54,105 nucleotides of DNA, from assembly GCA_964497315.1 (NCBI GenBank), contig CAZCCH010000001.1:1-54105 (forward strand), given 5' to 3'. The notes beneath the pieces are model-generated. The model was not told the origin of the DNA and searched no databases. It saw only the letters and a list, made by a program, of their open reading frames with translations. How positions within the stretch are numbered: the first letter of the stretch is position 1; every line of letters begins with the position of its first letter. A program made the translations under genes and the position numbers. The DNA is from an uncultured Planctomycetia bacterium (lineage in GTDB: Bacteria; Omnitrophota; Gorgyraeia; Taenaricolales; CAZCCH01). This document shows, in pieces, positions 33,789 to 44,316 of this stretch.

Positions 33789-35851
33789 ATCAACCTTTTT
33801 GCTGCCCCAAGGACGGCTTCATTGTCACTCAACTTTGCTGTTGAGTTCCCCCTTTGCCATACACTGCAAATTTTATTTGTTAACTCTTTCGGCTTTATTA
33901 GAACAATGTGGTTTTTAAAAGAAAGGTTTTTTAAGAAAATGTTGTGTTTGTTTCTGCCTAGGCGTAAAAGCTTTACTAATAAGTTTCCTTTTTGTTTCGG
34001 CTTAAAGACCAAAACAACCTTATTGCCGCAGCTTGCTGCTTCAGAAACCATGGATATAGACTCTCCCGACACAACAAGCACTTGACTTAAATCTAATACC
34101 GCACCTATTACATCAGGTGGATTTTCGCGATTTGCCAAAATCAGCAACTTGCATCTTTTATAACCTGATAGCCTTTGGGAAAAAAGCTTCTCTACATCTT
34201 TAGATGTACGTCGGGATGTGGTAACTAAAATCTGTGCATCCAACTGCTCTGCTGCTTGAATAATCTGATCTAAGATTCCTTTTGCCAGTTTCACGCTCAA
34301 TTGAAACTGTTTATTGCTACCACCGATAAGAAGACCTATTGTTAGTTTTTCATCTAAGTTTAACTTTAACTTCTGACTGCTTTTTGAAAGATGTTCCTGG
34401 TTTACTAAATTCGGAGCACCTTCTGTTATTAAAACATTTTTACCCCTCCTGGGTCTGTCATGCTTTGGCATTATTGCAAGATCGAATTTCTTGATGCTCA
34501 GAAGGGCAGGTTTCATTATAATTACCGATTTTGCATTGTTTTCTACTTTTAGAAAGCGGTTTACAGCAGCCTGGGACCACCCGCATGAGACAATTACATC
34601 TGCATGGTTAAAGATTATCTTCCTGTAGGAATCTTTTGTTAGACAAAATCTTACACATCTCATGCAACCTTGGCATCTTGGTGAGGCAAACAAACTAAAG
34701 ATATTTAATAAAAATTTGAAAAATCTATTTTTAAACCGAATATTGACTATCCGCTGGGAATATATTAACTCTTCTAAGGTATCTTTTTTTATTCCCGTAC
34801 TATATGATCTAGATGAAGCCCTCTCCTGTGCCTTCTTTAAAAGTGCCACCCTGGAATCTCTCTGGGCCTTTTCTCGCACAGCCTTTTCTATCTGTTTTGC
34901 TACTGCCAAAGATTGGTTTAGATGTCCTGCCTTTCCATCACTCAATATCAAAATCCTGCGAGTTGGGGATGTCTTCCATCTTTTATGAAGCCATAACCAC
35001 TGAGTGGGGTAGTTGGTTATATATTCCTGCAATATATCAGTAAATTGCTGAAGGTTTGCTTGAATGTTCAGGCGGCGATTATCCTGAGTAAAAAGCTCTA
35101 TTGGTGGTTCAATAATTGCTAAATGCTTTGGGCCTTTTTCCCTTATTGCAAAATGCGGCAAAACTTGAGAGCCCAATTTTAACGCAAAACTCATAGCCCC
35201 CCCAGGTGTTGAGGTAAGCCTTCCAAAAAAGTTAACCAGGTACCCTGATGCGCCACCATCTTGGTCTGTCAATATCGAAACAGTTTTGTTTTCCTTTAAG
35301 GCCTTTATAAGCTGCTTCGTTGCAAGACCTTTGGTTATAACACCTCTGCCGCCAAGACGGCGGTAGTTATTTAATAAGGTATTAAGTTTTGAGTGTTTCT
35401 GCTGTCTCACAAACACATCCTGCGGGTATCCACGAAGAGCACCTGCAAGACTTGAAAGTTCCCAGTTTCCAAAATGCGCAGTCAATATAATAGTGCCGTA
35501 TCCAGCAGTTTTACTATGTGCTATATGTTCAAGTCCTTTCAGCTCGACATATTTGTCTATGTAATCTTTGTCAACTGCTGGAAGCCTCAAGACCTCAACT
35601 GCTGTCTGTGCTAAATTCTGAAAGACTTTTTTAGTAATCCTTCGTAATTGCCTTGGTTTTGTATGTTGTCCAAAGGCTGCTTTAAGGTTCGCATAGGCAA
35701 TAGAACGTCTTTTTGCATATAAAAAATAAATCATGCTGCCTATGCGTCTACCTAAGCGCAAGGCATGGGTAATTGGCAATTTTCTAAGAAGGTAGGCTAT
35801 CGCCAGTGTTGTAGGATACAAAATATTATCAGCTACGGAAATCTTTTTCAT
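33785..35851 (-). CDS. Fusion of lipid A late acyltransferase (LpxL/HtrB family) with an ELM1/DUF1022-like domain
   Basis: N-terminal ~295 aa with LTAHFGNWE (HX4E acyltransferase motif) and WLWLHKRWK. The C-terminal ~390 aa begin ILILSDGKAGHLNQSLAVAKQI, typical of ELM1-family proteins. Confidence 0.65.
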   Translation of the reverse strand: MKKISVADNILYPTTLAIAYLLRKLPITHALRLGRRIGSMIYFLYAKRRSIAYANLKAAFGQHTKPRQLRRITKKVFQNLAQTAVEVLRLPAVDKDYIDKYVELKGLEHIAHSKTAGYGTIILTAHFGNWELSSLAGALRGYPQDVFVRQQKHSKLNTLLNNYRRLGGRGVITKGLATKQLIKALKENKTVSILTDQDGGASGYLVNFFGRLTSTPGGAMSFALKLGSQVLPHFAIREKGPKHLAIIEPPIELFTQDNRRLNIQANLQQFTDILQEYITNYPTQWLWLHKRWKTSPTRRILILSDGKAGHLNQSLAVAKQIEKAVREKAQRDSRVALLKKAQERASSRSYSTGIKKDTLEELIYSQRIVNIRFKNRFFKFLLNIFSLFASPRCQGCMRCVRFCLTKDSYRKIIFNHADVIVSCGWSQAAVNRFLKVENNAKSVIIMKPALLSIKKFDLAIMPKHDRPRRGKNVLITEGAPNLVNQEHLSKSSQKLKLNLDEKLTIGLLIGGSNKQFQLSVKLAKGILDQIIQAAEQLDAQILVTTSRRTSKDVEKLFSQRLSGYKRCKLLILANRENPPDVIGAVLDLSQVLVVSGESISMVSEAASCGNKVVLVFKPKQKGNLLVKLLRLGRNKHNIFLKNLSFKNHIVLIKPKELTNKICSVWQRGNSTAKLSDNEAVLGAAKRLI

Positions 35852-36918
35852 ATCTCAAGTAGTAACTTTTTAAATTTTTCTTCGTTCTCTTCTATCTTCA
35901 GTTTTACCTTAAGGGTTAATATCTTAACCTCAAAGCCTGTAGCCATTTCTTTATTGAGGGAGGACAGTTTAACCGCATCTTTTGATGTAGTAACAATAGT
36001 GTTTATCTTTTTGGTCTGGCAAGCATTTAAAATTTTATTTAATTCTTTTTTGGTATAAATATGATGGTCTAGAAAACTAAAGTTTTCCCCTATAATAGCA
36101 CCTGCTTTTTTTAACAATGTAAGAAAATAATCTGGGCTTGCTATAGCTGATACCGCACATATGCTTTTGCCTCTTAGGGAATCTAGGCTTATCTTAAGTT
36201 TGCTATGCAAATCTAGGAGGCCTTGTGGTTGATGGACTGAAGTTGCTATCAATGCATCTTTGTTCAATTGGGAGATTGTATTTTTTAAATCATCTAAAGT
36301 GTGGGCTGAATTATCTAAAAGATCTGTCTTTGTAAGTAAAATTACATCAGCCCTTTTTAAACTAGCTACAGGCTCGCGCAAAATTCCTCTGGGTATAAGC
36401 CTTTCGTTACCAAAAGGATTCAAGCTATCCACAGCTACTACATCAAGGTCTTTTTTCAAATACCAATATTGAAAACCGTCATCTAATAAAACAACCTCAC
36501 TCTCATGGTGCCTCTGCGCCTTGTTGCTCGAGTCTACTCTATTTTTTCCTACTATTACAGGTACATCCTGAAAATTTTCCATTAATGCTGCTGGTTCATC
36601 ACCCATTTTTTGCCATGCTCCATATCCCCTGCTGAGTACTGCAACCTTCCTACCAGCCTCTTTTAGAATTCCTAGAATATATATTACTGCTGGCGTCTTA
36701 CCTGTTCCACCCAAAGTAATATTGCCTACGCTTATAACTTTACATTTAGCTTTATTTGCTTTAAGCAGTCCAACTTTTCTAAAAAGATATATAGCGTTAA
36801 TACCTAAGCAATACAATAACGAGAGAAGGCAAAGTAAAGCTTTTAACGCTTGAGCCAAGGGATGCTTTAACTTATCTGTGGCCAAACTCAGAAGATAAGC
36901 CTTTATAGGTTCTATCAT
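35848..36918 (-). CDS. lpxK: Tetraacyldisaccharide 4'-kinase
   Basis: VISVGNITLGGTGKTP P-loop, VLSRGYG, LLDDGFQ. Confidence 0.85.
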   Translation of the reverse strand: MIEPIKAYLLSLATDKLKHPLAQALKALLCLLSLLYCLGINAIYLFRKVGLLKANKAKCKVISVGNITLGGTGKTPAVIYILGILKEAGRKVAVLSRGYGAWQKMGDEPAALMENFQDVPVIVGKNRVDSSNKAQRHHESEVVLLDDGFQYWYLKKDLDVVAVDSLNPFGNERLIPRGILREPVASLKRADVILLTKTDLLDNSAHTLDDLKNTISQLNKDALIATSVHQPQGLLDLHSKLKISLDSLRGKSICAVSAIASPDYFLTLLKKAGAIIGENFSFLDHHIYTKKELNKILNACQTKKINTIVTTSKDAVKLSSLNKEMATGFEVKILTLKVKLKIEENEEKFKKLLLEI

Positions 36919-38201
36919 TTTAAAAACTGCTCTATTAGTTGCAGTGTTTTTATACTAGCGCCTTTGTTTTGTTCAACGACTAACCTTGCCTGTTGCCCTA
37001 TTTTGTATCTTTTTTGCGTATCATTAAGTAATGAGGAAATTTCTTCTTTAAGGTGAGTTCCATTTTGAACCATTATAGCTGCATTTTCTTTAAGCAATAA
37101 ATCTGATATATCCTGGAAGTTAAATACATGAGGTCCATAAAGCATAGATTTAGCTATACTTGCTGGTTCAATAAGATTTTGGCCGCCGTGGCGAATTAAA
37201 CTGCCTCCTACAAATACAATATCAGCGAAGAAATAAAATTCTCTAAGTTCACCTATTGAGTCAAGCAGAAAAACCACTGGCTGCTGATTGTCAACATTTA
37301 GTGGCTCATCTTTTATCTTGGATAATCTCACTGATTTAAAATTCTCTCTAGTTATTATCCCTTCGATTTCTCCTGTGCGTTCAATATGTCTTGGTGCAAT
37401 TAAAAGTTTTAATTTGGGGTGCTTGCCTAAAAGACTCTTATATATCTTAATAATGGTTTTTTCTTCTGGTGAATGCGTGCTTCCTGCAACAAGCAAGATA
37501 TCATTTTCTGAAATACCCAAGGCATTCCTTCGTTTTTTTTGGGCATCTATATTTTCGATTTGTGTTTTTGCAGCATCAAATTTAATGCTTCCTGTAATGT
37601 GTACGTTTTCTTTCTTTGCGCCAAGTTGTATAATTCTTTTTGCATCCATATCTGTCTGCATGCAAAAAATGTTAATCTTTCTTAAAACATGCCTAAAGAT
37701 TAAACCTATAAACCAATACCCCTTAAAAGATCCAGGGGAGATCCTGCCATTAATTAGTGCTATGGGGATTTTATTCTTATTTGAAACACTTATAAGATTA
37801 GGCCATATTTCAGTTTCCGTAAGCAACAAAAGCTCTGGTTTTAGGTGATTTATCACTCTCTGCATTATAAATGAAATATCTAAAGGAAAATAAATGGTCC
37901 TATCAAATCCAGAGGTAATCTTTTTTGCTATTTTGTGCCCTGTTTGAGTAGTTGTAGAAATAACAAATCTTACCTTTGGGTTTTTATCCTTGATGGCCTT
38001 CATTATAGAAGAAGACGCTGTTACTTCTCCAACGCTTACAGCATGAATCCATATTGTCTTTTTTTCAGGCAGTGGATCATAATCATCTGATAACTTGCCC
38101 AATCTTTGTGCGAAGCCTTGCCTGTGCTTACCTTTTAATATAAAGGCTGGCAGATAAAAAATAGCGAAAACTATGAAGATTAAATTATATAGCAAATGCA
38201 T
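36915..38201 (-). CDS. waaA: 3-deoxy-D-manno-octulosonic acid (Kdo) transferase
   Basis: IWIHAVSVGEV, LLLTETEIWPNLI, VFVGGSLIRHGGQNLIEPA. Confidence 0.85.
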   Translation of the reverse strand: MHLLYNLIFIVFAIFYLPAFILKGKHRQGFAQRLGKLSDDYDPLPEKKTIWIHAVSVGEVTASSSIMKAIKDKNPKVRFVISTTTQTGHKIAKKITSGFDRTIYFPLDISFIMQRVINHLKPELLLLTETEIWPNLISVSNKNKIPIALINGRISPGSFKGYWFIGLIFRHVLRKINIFCMQTDMDAKRIIQLGAKKENVHITGSIKFDAAKTQIENIDAQKKRRNALGISENDILLVAGSTHSPEEKTIIKIYKSLLGKHPKLKLLIAPRHIERTGEIEGIITRENFKSVRLSKIKDEPLNVDNQQPVVFLLDSIGELREFYFFADIVFVGGSLIRHGGQNLIEPASIAKSMLYGPHVFNFQDISDLLLKENAAIMVQNGTHLKEEISSLLNDTQKRYKIGQQARLVVEQNKGASIKTLQLIEQFLK

Positions 38202-38214
38202 TTTTATTTAATAG

Positions 38215-39084
38215 CTAAGCACGTGGGTGGGCTTTTTCATAAACAGTCTTAAGTCTGTCTGTTGTTACGTGAGTGTAAATTTGTGTAGTTACCAAGTTCA
38301 TATGGCCAAGTAACTCTTGTACCGACCTTAAATCTGCACCTCTGTTTAATAAATGTGTCGCGAATGAATGTCTTAGGGTGTGAGGAGAAACCTTATTCTT
38401 TATGCTGGTTTTGTGTATATATTTTTCTACTATACGCCTAATAGATCTATCTGTAAGCCGTCTGTTGTTCTTGTTTAAGAATACTGCCTTGCTTGAGCTT
38501 TTATCGGCAGTTTTTCTTGATTTTAGGTATTCGCCGATTGAACGCAATGCCCTATCGCCAATGGGAGATAGTCTTTCTTTTTTTCCCTTGCCTTTAACCT
38601 TTGTAACTCCTCCGATAAAGTCTACATCGCTGACATTTAACCCTACTAATTCACTGACCCTGATGCCAGTGCTATAAAGGGTTTCTAATATCGCCCTGTC
38701 CCTTAAGCCTGCTAAATCTTTGTCAGGGGATTGTAAAAGTTTCGTTACCTGGTCTTCATCAAGGAATATGGGTAGCTTCTTGTCTAGTTTTGGAGTAGAT
38801 AAATCCTTTATAGGATTGGCCTTAAGATGACCTTCGCGGCATAAAAATTTAAAAAACGAACGAAGACAGGCTAGCTTTCTGGCGATGCTTGTCTTTGCAT
38901 ATTGAGTAGCTTTAAGATGAGCTAAAAACTTCCTCAATGTCAGATAATCTACGCTTTCAATTGGCAATTCTCCCAAGAAATCCTTAAAAACCCTTAAATC
39001 ATTCTTATAGTTGACGAGCGTATGCGTTGAGGCATTTCTTTCTATTTCTAAATATCTTAGAAATTTAATAATATATCGTTCCAT
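38215..39084 (-). CDS. xerC: Tyrosine recombinase XerC/XerD family
   Basis: FLRYLEIERNASTHTLVNYKNDL; GIRVSELVGL; HTLRHSFATHLL; LGH...TTQIYTHV. The dprA-topA-xer context suggests the chromosomal dimer resolvase. The C versus D assignment is uncertain. Confidence 0.75.
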   Translation of the reverse strand: MERYIIKFLRYLEIERNASTHTLVNYKNDLRVFKDFLGELPIESVDYLTLRKFLAHLKATQYAKTSIARKLACLRSFFKFLCREGHLKANPIKDLSTPKLDKKLPIFLDEDQVTKLLQSPDKDLAGLRDRAILETLYSTGIRVSELVGLNVSDVDFIGGVTKVKGKGKKERLSPIGDRALRSIGEYLKSRKTADKSSSKAVFLNKNNRRLTDRSIRRIVEKYIHKTSIKNKVSPHTLRHSFATHLLNRGADLRSVQELLGHMNLVTTQIYTHVTTDRLKTVYEKAHPRA

Positions 39085-39087
39085 TTG

Positions 39088-41070
39088 TTATTTTTCGCTT
39101 TTTTCTTCTGGAAGTTTTCTGGCTATATGATTACACTTTGGGTAATTGCTGCAACCATAGAAAAACCCTCTTCTTGGAGAGCGTTTCTCAACAAGTTCAC
39201 CGTCACAGCCTTCTTGTGGACATTTAACTCCTGTTGAAATGGATTTTGCGAACCTGCATTTTGGAAAGGCTGAACAACTTAAAAATCTTCCCCTCCTGCC
39301 CCATTTTATAATCATGGGTTTTCCGCAAAGCTCACAAACTTCTTCTGTGTAAACCACTTCCTGCTTTAGATTCTTCATGCGATCTTTTGCCTTATCGAGG
39401 GTACCTTGAAATTTAGCATAAAAAACCTCTAATAGTTTTACCCATTCAGTATCACCTTGCTCTATTGTATCTAGCCCCTTCTCCATCTCTGCAGTAAATT
39501 TGACATTTAGAATTCTCGGGAAGTGCTTAACCAATAAATCTGTAATTACAATTCCTAAATCCGAAGGGTGCAAATATCCGCTTTGTCGCCTTATATAATC
39601 TCTCCTTACAATGTTTTCTATTGTGGGCGCATAGGTGCTGGGCCTTCCTATTCCTTTTTCCTCCAATACCTTAACAAGGCTTGCATCAGAATACCTAGGA
39701 GGGGGCTTGGTAAAATGCTGGCTGGGTGTTAGTCCTAGTAAATTCAGACATTCATCTTTTGAAAGCTTTGGGATATGCTTTTCTGTCTGCTCTGCCTGTA
39801 AATCGTAAACAGCCAAAAATCCCTCAAAGATGCAAGTTGAACCTGTTGTCCTAAAAATGTATTTAGAATCCAACACAGATATATCTACAGAAGTTGTCAA
39901 AAATACCGCCGGGCTCATCTGACTTGCAACGAACCTTTTCCATATAAGGGTATATAATTTATACTGATCTGGGGTTAAAAACTTTTTAATTTTCTCTGGA
40001 CTCCTCATAACAGAAGTGGGTCGTATTGCCTCGTGTGCCTCTTGCGCGCTTTTCTTTGATGCATATTTTGGGGAAGACGCTGGTAGGAATTTTTTTCCAA
40101 AGTTTTTCAATATAAAATCTCTGGCTGCTGCCTGTGCAACCGTAGAAACCCTTACAGAATCTGTCCTCATATAAGTAATAAGACCAGTACCTCCCTCTTC
40201 TCCCATTTCAATACCTTCATATAAACCTTGGGCTGTACGCATTGTCTTTGAGGCTGAAAACCCAAGCTTGTTAAAACCTTCCTGTTGCAATTTACTGGTA
40301 GTAAAAGGTGCTTGGGGCTTTCTTTTTTTCTGAGATTCTTTTACAGAAGAAACAATAAATTCTGCCGGGCTTAGTTCTGCTACTATTTTTTTTGCATCTT
40401 CTTCAGTTTTAACGTCTGGTTTTTCTCCTTGTATCTTTTCTAGTTTTGCCGTAAAGGGTTTTTCTTTAGTTTTTTGTTTCTCTAATTCTGCTTCAACCTC
40501 CCAGTATTCCTGCGGTTTAAAAGCTTGAATTTGCCTTTCTCTTTCTACAATAAGCCTTACAGCAACTGATTGCACCCTACCTGCGCTTAAACCCCTGCCT
40601 ACCTTTTTCCAAAGTAGGGGACTTATAGAATAACCGACGATCCTATCTAAGATCCTTCGCGCCTGCTGGGCATTTACTCTTTTCATATCTATATCACGTG
40701 GATTTTTAAATGCCTCCAAGACAGCATCCTTTGTAATCTCATCAAACTCCACCCTTTTAACCTGGATATCCTTACCTACGACATCTGCCAAGTGCCAGGA
40801 AATCGCTTCTCCCTCTCTATCAGGGTCTGGGGCTAAATAAATGCCTTTTGTTTGGTCAGCTTCTTTTTTTAGCTCGCTGATAAGTTTTTTCCTGGAGGGG
40901 ATAACTACATAGGTAGGTTTAAAATCATTTTCTGTATCTACCCCAAAACTATTTTGTGGTAGATCCCTAATATGCCCCATACATGAGCGGACAACGTAGT
41001 TTGGACCTAAAAATTTATTAATTGTCTTTGCCTTTGCCGGTGATTCTACTATAACTAATGATTTTTTCAT
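39088..41070 (-). CDS. topA: DNA topoisomerase I
   Basis: Toprim N-terminus LVIVESPAKAKTINKFLG, DPDREGEAISWH, active-site region ITYMRTDS, C-terminal CxxC zinc ribbons. Confidence 0.9.
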   Translation of the reverse strand: MKKSLVIVESPAKAKTINKFLGPNYVVRSCMGHIRDLPQNSFGVDTENDFKPTYVVIPSRKKLISELKKEADQTKGIYLAPDPDREGEAISWHLADVVGKDIQVKRVEFDEITKDAVLEAFKNPRDIDMKRVNAQQARRILDRIVGYSISPLLWKKVGRGLSAGRVQSVAVRLIVERERQIQAFKPQEYWEVEAELEKQKTKEKPFTAKLEKIQGEKPDVKTEEDAKKIVAELSPAEFIVSSVKESQKKRKPQAPFTTSKLQQEGFNKLGFSASKTMRTAQGLYEGIEMGEEGGTGLITYMRTDSVRVSTVAQAAARDFILKNFGKKFLPASSPKYASKKSAQEAHEAIRPTSVMRSPEKIKKFLTPDQYKLYTLIWKRFVASQMSPAVFLTTSVDISVLDSKYIFRTTGSTCIFEGFLAVYDLQAEQTEKHIPKLSKDECLNLLGLTPSQHFTKPPPRYSDASLVKVLEEKGIGRPSTYAPTIENIVRRDYIRRQSGYLHPSDLGIVITDLLVKHFPRILNVKFTAEMEKGLDTIEQGDTEWVKLLEVFYAKFQGTLDKAKDRMKNLKQEVVYTEEVCELCGKPMIIKWGRRGRFLSCSAFPKCRFAKSISTGVKCPQEGCDGELVEKRSPRRGFFYGCSNYPKCNHIARKLPEEKSEK

Positions 41071-41966
41071 TTTTTAATTGATGGTTGTGGTTGGTTAAAG
41101 ATTTGTAATTCCTCTATTACATCCTGTGCAGTCTCTATCAATTTTGCCCCCTGTCGTATCAGGCAATGCGTACCTTGAGAGGTCACAGCCTTCGCAACAT
41201 TGGGAACAGCAAAAACCTCCCTGCCCTGATCCAGTGCACAATTAGCAGTTATTAGAGAACCACTCCTGGCTGCAGCTTCAACTACTATAACAGCTAAAGA
41301 AAGCCCACTTATAATTCTGTTTCTGCAGGGAAAATTTCCTTTTAAGGGCTTTGTCTCCATTGGAAATTCAGAAATTACAGCTCCTGCGTGTGATATTTCC
41401 TTAGCTAATTCCTTATTCTCTGGGGGGTATATATTCAAAAAACCGCTGCCTAAAACAGCTATTGTTCTACCACCTGCCTCTAGTGCCCCTTGATGGGCAG
41501 CACTATCTATGCCCCTTGCCAGGCCTGATATAACAGTTATTTTCTCTCTTGCAAATTCAGCTGCAAGCCTTCTCGCTGCATTACTCCCATAAGCTGATGG
41601 TATCCTAGTACCTACGATAGCTACTGCCAAATTGTCTTCTGGTAAAATTTCTCCCTTTACGTAAATGGCAACTGGAGGATCGTATATATGCTTTAGGTTT
41701 TGGGGGTACTCGCTCTCTTCTACTGTAAAAACCTTGGCGTTGTAATCTTTAATGAGTCTTAGCTCTCTTTGTAACCTCACGTCTTCTGAAATAGAAAGAA
41801 TGCTCTTAGCGATCTCTTTGTTTATGTTGCATGCATACTGTAATTGTTGTGTGCTAGCCTCCAATATGCCTTTAGCTGTATGAAATTTATCTAAGAGCTT
41901 TTTAATCGTAACCGGTCCTAGTCCTGCAACCATATTAAGTGCTATTAGACACTTTTTTTCTTCCAT
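41067..41966 (-). CDS. dprA: DNA-processing protein DprA/Smf
   Basis: VAIVGTR, SGLARGIDSAAHQGAL, SGSLITANCALDQGREVFAVP. Confidence 0.85.
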   Translation of the reverse strand: MEEKKCLIALNMVAGLGPVTIKKLLDKFHTAKGILEASTQQLQYACNINKEIAKSILSISEDVRLQRELRLIKDYNAKVFTVEESEYPQNLKHIYDPPVAIYVKGEILPEDNLAVAIVGTRIPSAYGSNAARRLAAEFAREKITVISGLARGIDSAAHQGALEAGGRTIAVLGSGFLNIYPPENKELAKEISHAGAVISEFPMETKPLKGNFPCRNRIISGLSLAVIVVEAAARSGSLITANCALDQGREVFAVPNVAKAVTSQGTHCLIRQGAKLIETAQDVIEELQIFNQPQPSIKK

Positions 41967-42454
41967 ATCTTAATAATTCTTTCTGCAACTTCAAATGGTT
42001 TTAAATTGCTTGTGTCAATATCGAAATCTGCCTTTGCATAATAGGGGGCTCGTTTATCTAAAAGTTCTTCTATCTTAGTCTTTGGATCTTCTGTATTTAA
42101 CAAAGGTCTATGCTTATATCCTTTAGTCCTTTCTAAGATAACCTCAGCAGTTGCTTTAAGGCATACTAAAATAGCATTTTTCTTAAGACTTTCAATGTTC
42201 TCTTCATCTAAGACAACACCTCCACCTGCAATGATAACAGTATTATCATAACTTGAAACTTCTCTTATTACTTCTTTCTCAACTTTGCGAAAATAACCTT
42301 CTCCTTCAGACTGAAATATTTCAACTATAGCTCGCACTTCTTTTTGCTCTATCAAAAAGTCTGTATCAGCAATATCCATATCCAGCTGATCGGCTAATAA
42401 TTTGCCAACGGCATTTTTCCCTGTCCCCATAAAACCTACTAGTACAATGTTCAT
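41945..42454 (-). CDS. aroK: Shikimate kinase
   Basis: NIVLVGFMGTGKNAVGKLLA Walker A, GGGVV, size 169 aa. Confidence 0.85.
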   Translation of the reverse strand: MNIVLVGFMGTGKNAVGKLLADQLDMDIADTDFLIEQKEVRAIVEIFQSEGEGYFRKVEKEVIREVSSYDNTVIIAGGGVVLDEENIESLKKNAILVCLKATAEVILERTKGYKHRPLLNTEDPKTKIEELLDKRAPYYAKADFDIDTSNLKPFEVAERIIKIWKKKSV

Positions 42455-42458
42455 TTTA

Positions 42459-43505
42459 CTAATATTTAGAAGACGCCTTTAAGTATTGCTTGTAGTTTTG
42501 AGTAGCTTCTAAAATGGAATCACCGCCAAATTTTTCCAAAAAACCTCTTGCTAACTCAAAACATACTGCAGCTTCAGCTACAACGCTACAAGCCTCTACA
42601 GCACTAGTATCATGCCTTTCTATGGATGCCTTACAAGGTTTTTTTGTCTTTATATCAACGGAAGCTAGAGGCGCACTAAGTGTTGATATTGGTTTCATGT
42701 AACCTTTAATAATTACTGGCTCTCCATTTGTTACGCCACCTTCTAGGCCACCTGCATTGTTGGTCCGACGGTAAAACCCATCTTTCTTGCTGTAAAAAAC
42801 CTCATCATGCACCTCAGAACCAAGCTTTTCAGCTATTTTTATGCCCTCACCAATCTCTACGGCCTTTACTGCCTGAATAGACATAATGGCTAAAGCCAAC
42901 CTGGCATCTAGCCTTCTATCATATTGAGAAAAGCTACCCAGTCCAGCAGGTAGTCCTTTTGCAACTACCTCAAAAGCACCTCCTAAGGTATCTCCTTTTT
43001 TCTTGGCCTCTTTTATTTTTTGTGTTATGGTCTTTTTTGAATGTACCCCACCTAACATTAACAAGCGACTTGTTATGTTTATGCCAAATCGCTTCAGAAA
43101 TATTCTACATATACTGCCAACAGCCACTCTCGCAGCAGTTTCTCTTGCACTTGAGCGCTCAAGGCAATCGCGCAAATCTTTTGTTAAAAATTTCAAACCA
43201 CCCGCTAAATCCGCATGCCCTGGTCTGGGTTTAGTTATTGAAGTCAATCTATTTATAGAAAAATCTTTATTTTCTATCTCTAATGCTATGGGACTTCCTA
43301 TAGTCTTTTTGTTTCGCAAGCCAGAAAGGATACACACTTTATCTTTTTCAATCTTCATTCTGGCACCCCTGCCAACACCTGCTTGTCTCCTGGCCAATTG
43401 GTGGTTAATTTCTTCTTTATCAAGTTTTAATCCGGCGACCATTCCTTCTAAGATTGCCACCAGGCACTTGCCATGCGATTCACCTGCAGTTAAATATCTT
43501 AACAT
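42459..43505 (-). CDS. aroC: Chorismate synthase
   Basis: MLRYLTAGESHG, RPGHADL, SARETAARVA, GGLEGG. Confidence 0.9.
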   Translation of the reverse strand: MLRYLTAGESHGKCLVAILEGMVAGLKLDKEEINHQLARRQAGVGRGARMKIEKDKVCILSGLRNKKTIGSPIALEIENKDFSINRLTSITKPRPGHADLAGGLKFLTKDLRDCLERSSARETAARVAVGSICRIFLKRFGINITSRLLMLGGVHSKKTITQKIKEAKKKGDTLGGAFEVVAKGLPAGLGSFSQYDRRLDARLALAIMSIQAVKAVEIGEGIKIAEKLGSEVHDEVFYSKKDGFYRRTNNAGGLEGGVTNGEPVIIKGYMKPISTLSAPLASVDIKTKKPCKASIERHDTSAVEACSVVAEAAVCFELARGFLEKFGGDSILEATQNYKQYLKASSKY

Positions 43506-43520
43506 TGCATTCCCCCTTAT

Positions 43521-44297
43521 TTAGAAAAACAGCCATCTTAATATATCTTCACCCCAAAAAATACATATCAAAGTAGCCAAAGATAAATATGGTCCGTATG
43601 GTATGTGTTCGACCTTGTATTTAAGTTTTAGGATTATTCCAACAGCTGAGCCAAAAAACGGGGCCAAGAAAAATACTAAAAGTACTAATTTCCATCCTAT
43701 AAAAGAACCTATCATGGCCATTAGTTTTACATCTCCACCGCCCATTGCCTCTTTTTTGAATACTGCTGCACCTAAAAGGCCTATTAGGTAAATACTCAAA
43801 CCCCCAGCCAACATGCCACCTAAAGAAATAAGCAATGAGTTCCAATGTGATGAAACCCCATGTAGCCCTGGAAAGACAACGCTAACTAATAACCCTACAA
43901 TCAAGCCTCCTAGGGTAATCTCATCTGGAATTATCTGGTATTTAAAGTCTACAAAGGTTGCAACTATTAACCCGCAACAAAGTGCGGTATATACAAAAAA
44001 CTTTACACTAATCCCGAACACGGAAAAAAACCAAACAAACATTCCTGCAGTTAAAAGCTCTACTAAAAAATACCTAAAAGAAATCTTTGCTTTACAAAAC
44101 CTGCATTTACCTCCAAGGAATACATAGCTTAAAAATGGTACATTGTCATACCAATAAATAGGCTTTCTGCAATTAACGCAATGTGAGCGCGGCGTTACTA
44201 CAGATTCTTCCTTCGGAAGGCGCCATATACAAACATTTAAAAATGATCCGACGATTGAACCTAAAATAAAAACAAAGATGTAAACAAAAATTGACAT
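43521..44297 (-). CDS. pilD: Prepilin peptidase (A24 family, type IV leader peptidase/N-methyltransferase)
   Basis: N-terminal CVNC...CRFC zinc motif, polytopic membrane protein, GGGDVKLMAMIGSFIGW. Confidence 0.8.
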   Translation of the reverse strand: MSIFVYIFVFILGSIVGSFLNVCIWRLPKEESVVTPRSHCVNCRKPIYWYDNVPFLSYVFLGGKCRFCKAKISFRYFLVELLTAGMFVWFFSVFGISVKFFVYTALCCGLIVATFVDFKYQIIPDEITLGGLIVGLLVSVVFPGLHGVSSHWNSLLISLGGMLAGGLSIYLIGLLGAAVFKKEAMGGGDVKLMAMIGSFIGWKLVLLVFFLAPFFGSAVGIILKLKYKVEHIPYGPYLSLATLICIFWGEDILRWLFF

Positions 44298-44316
44298 CTT
44301 CCCTCGCTGAATTTTA

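Noticed and set aside
38215-39084. Tyrosine recombinase as an integrase marking a mobile element or genomic island
   Set aside because: The Xer-type motifs, the 289-aa size and the dprA-topA-xer housekeeping context argue for the chromosome dimer resolvase. I saw no att-like repeats, tRNA or cargo genes nearby.
43621-43845. 74-aa minus-strand ORF inside pilD, and the 65-aa ORF 48731..48928 inside the tail-fibre-like gene
   Set aside because: These are alternative frames of supported genes, with no independent signals.
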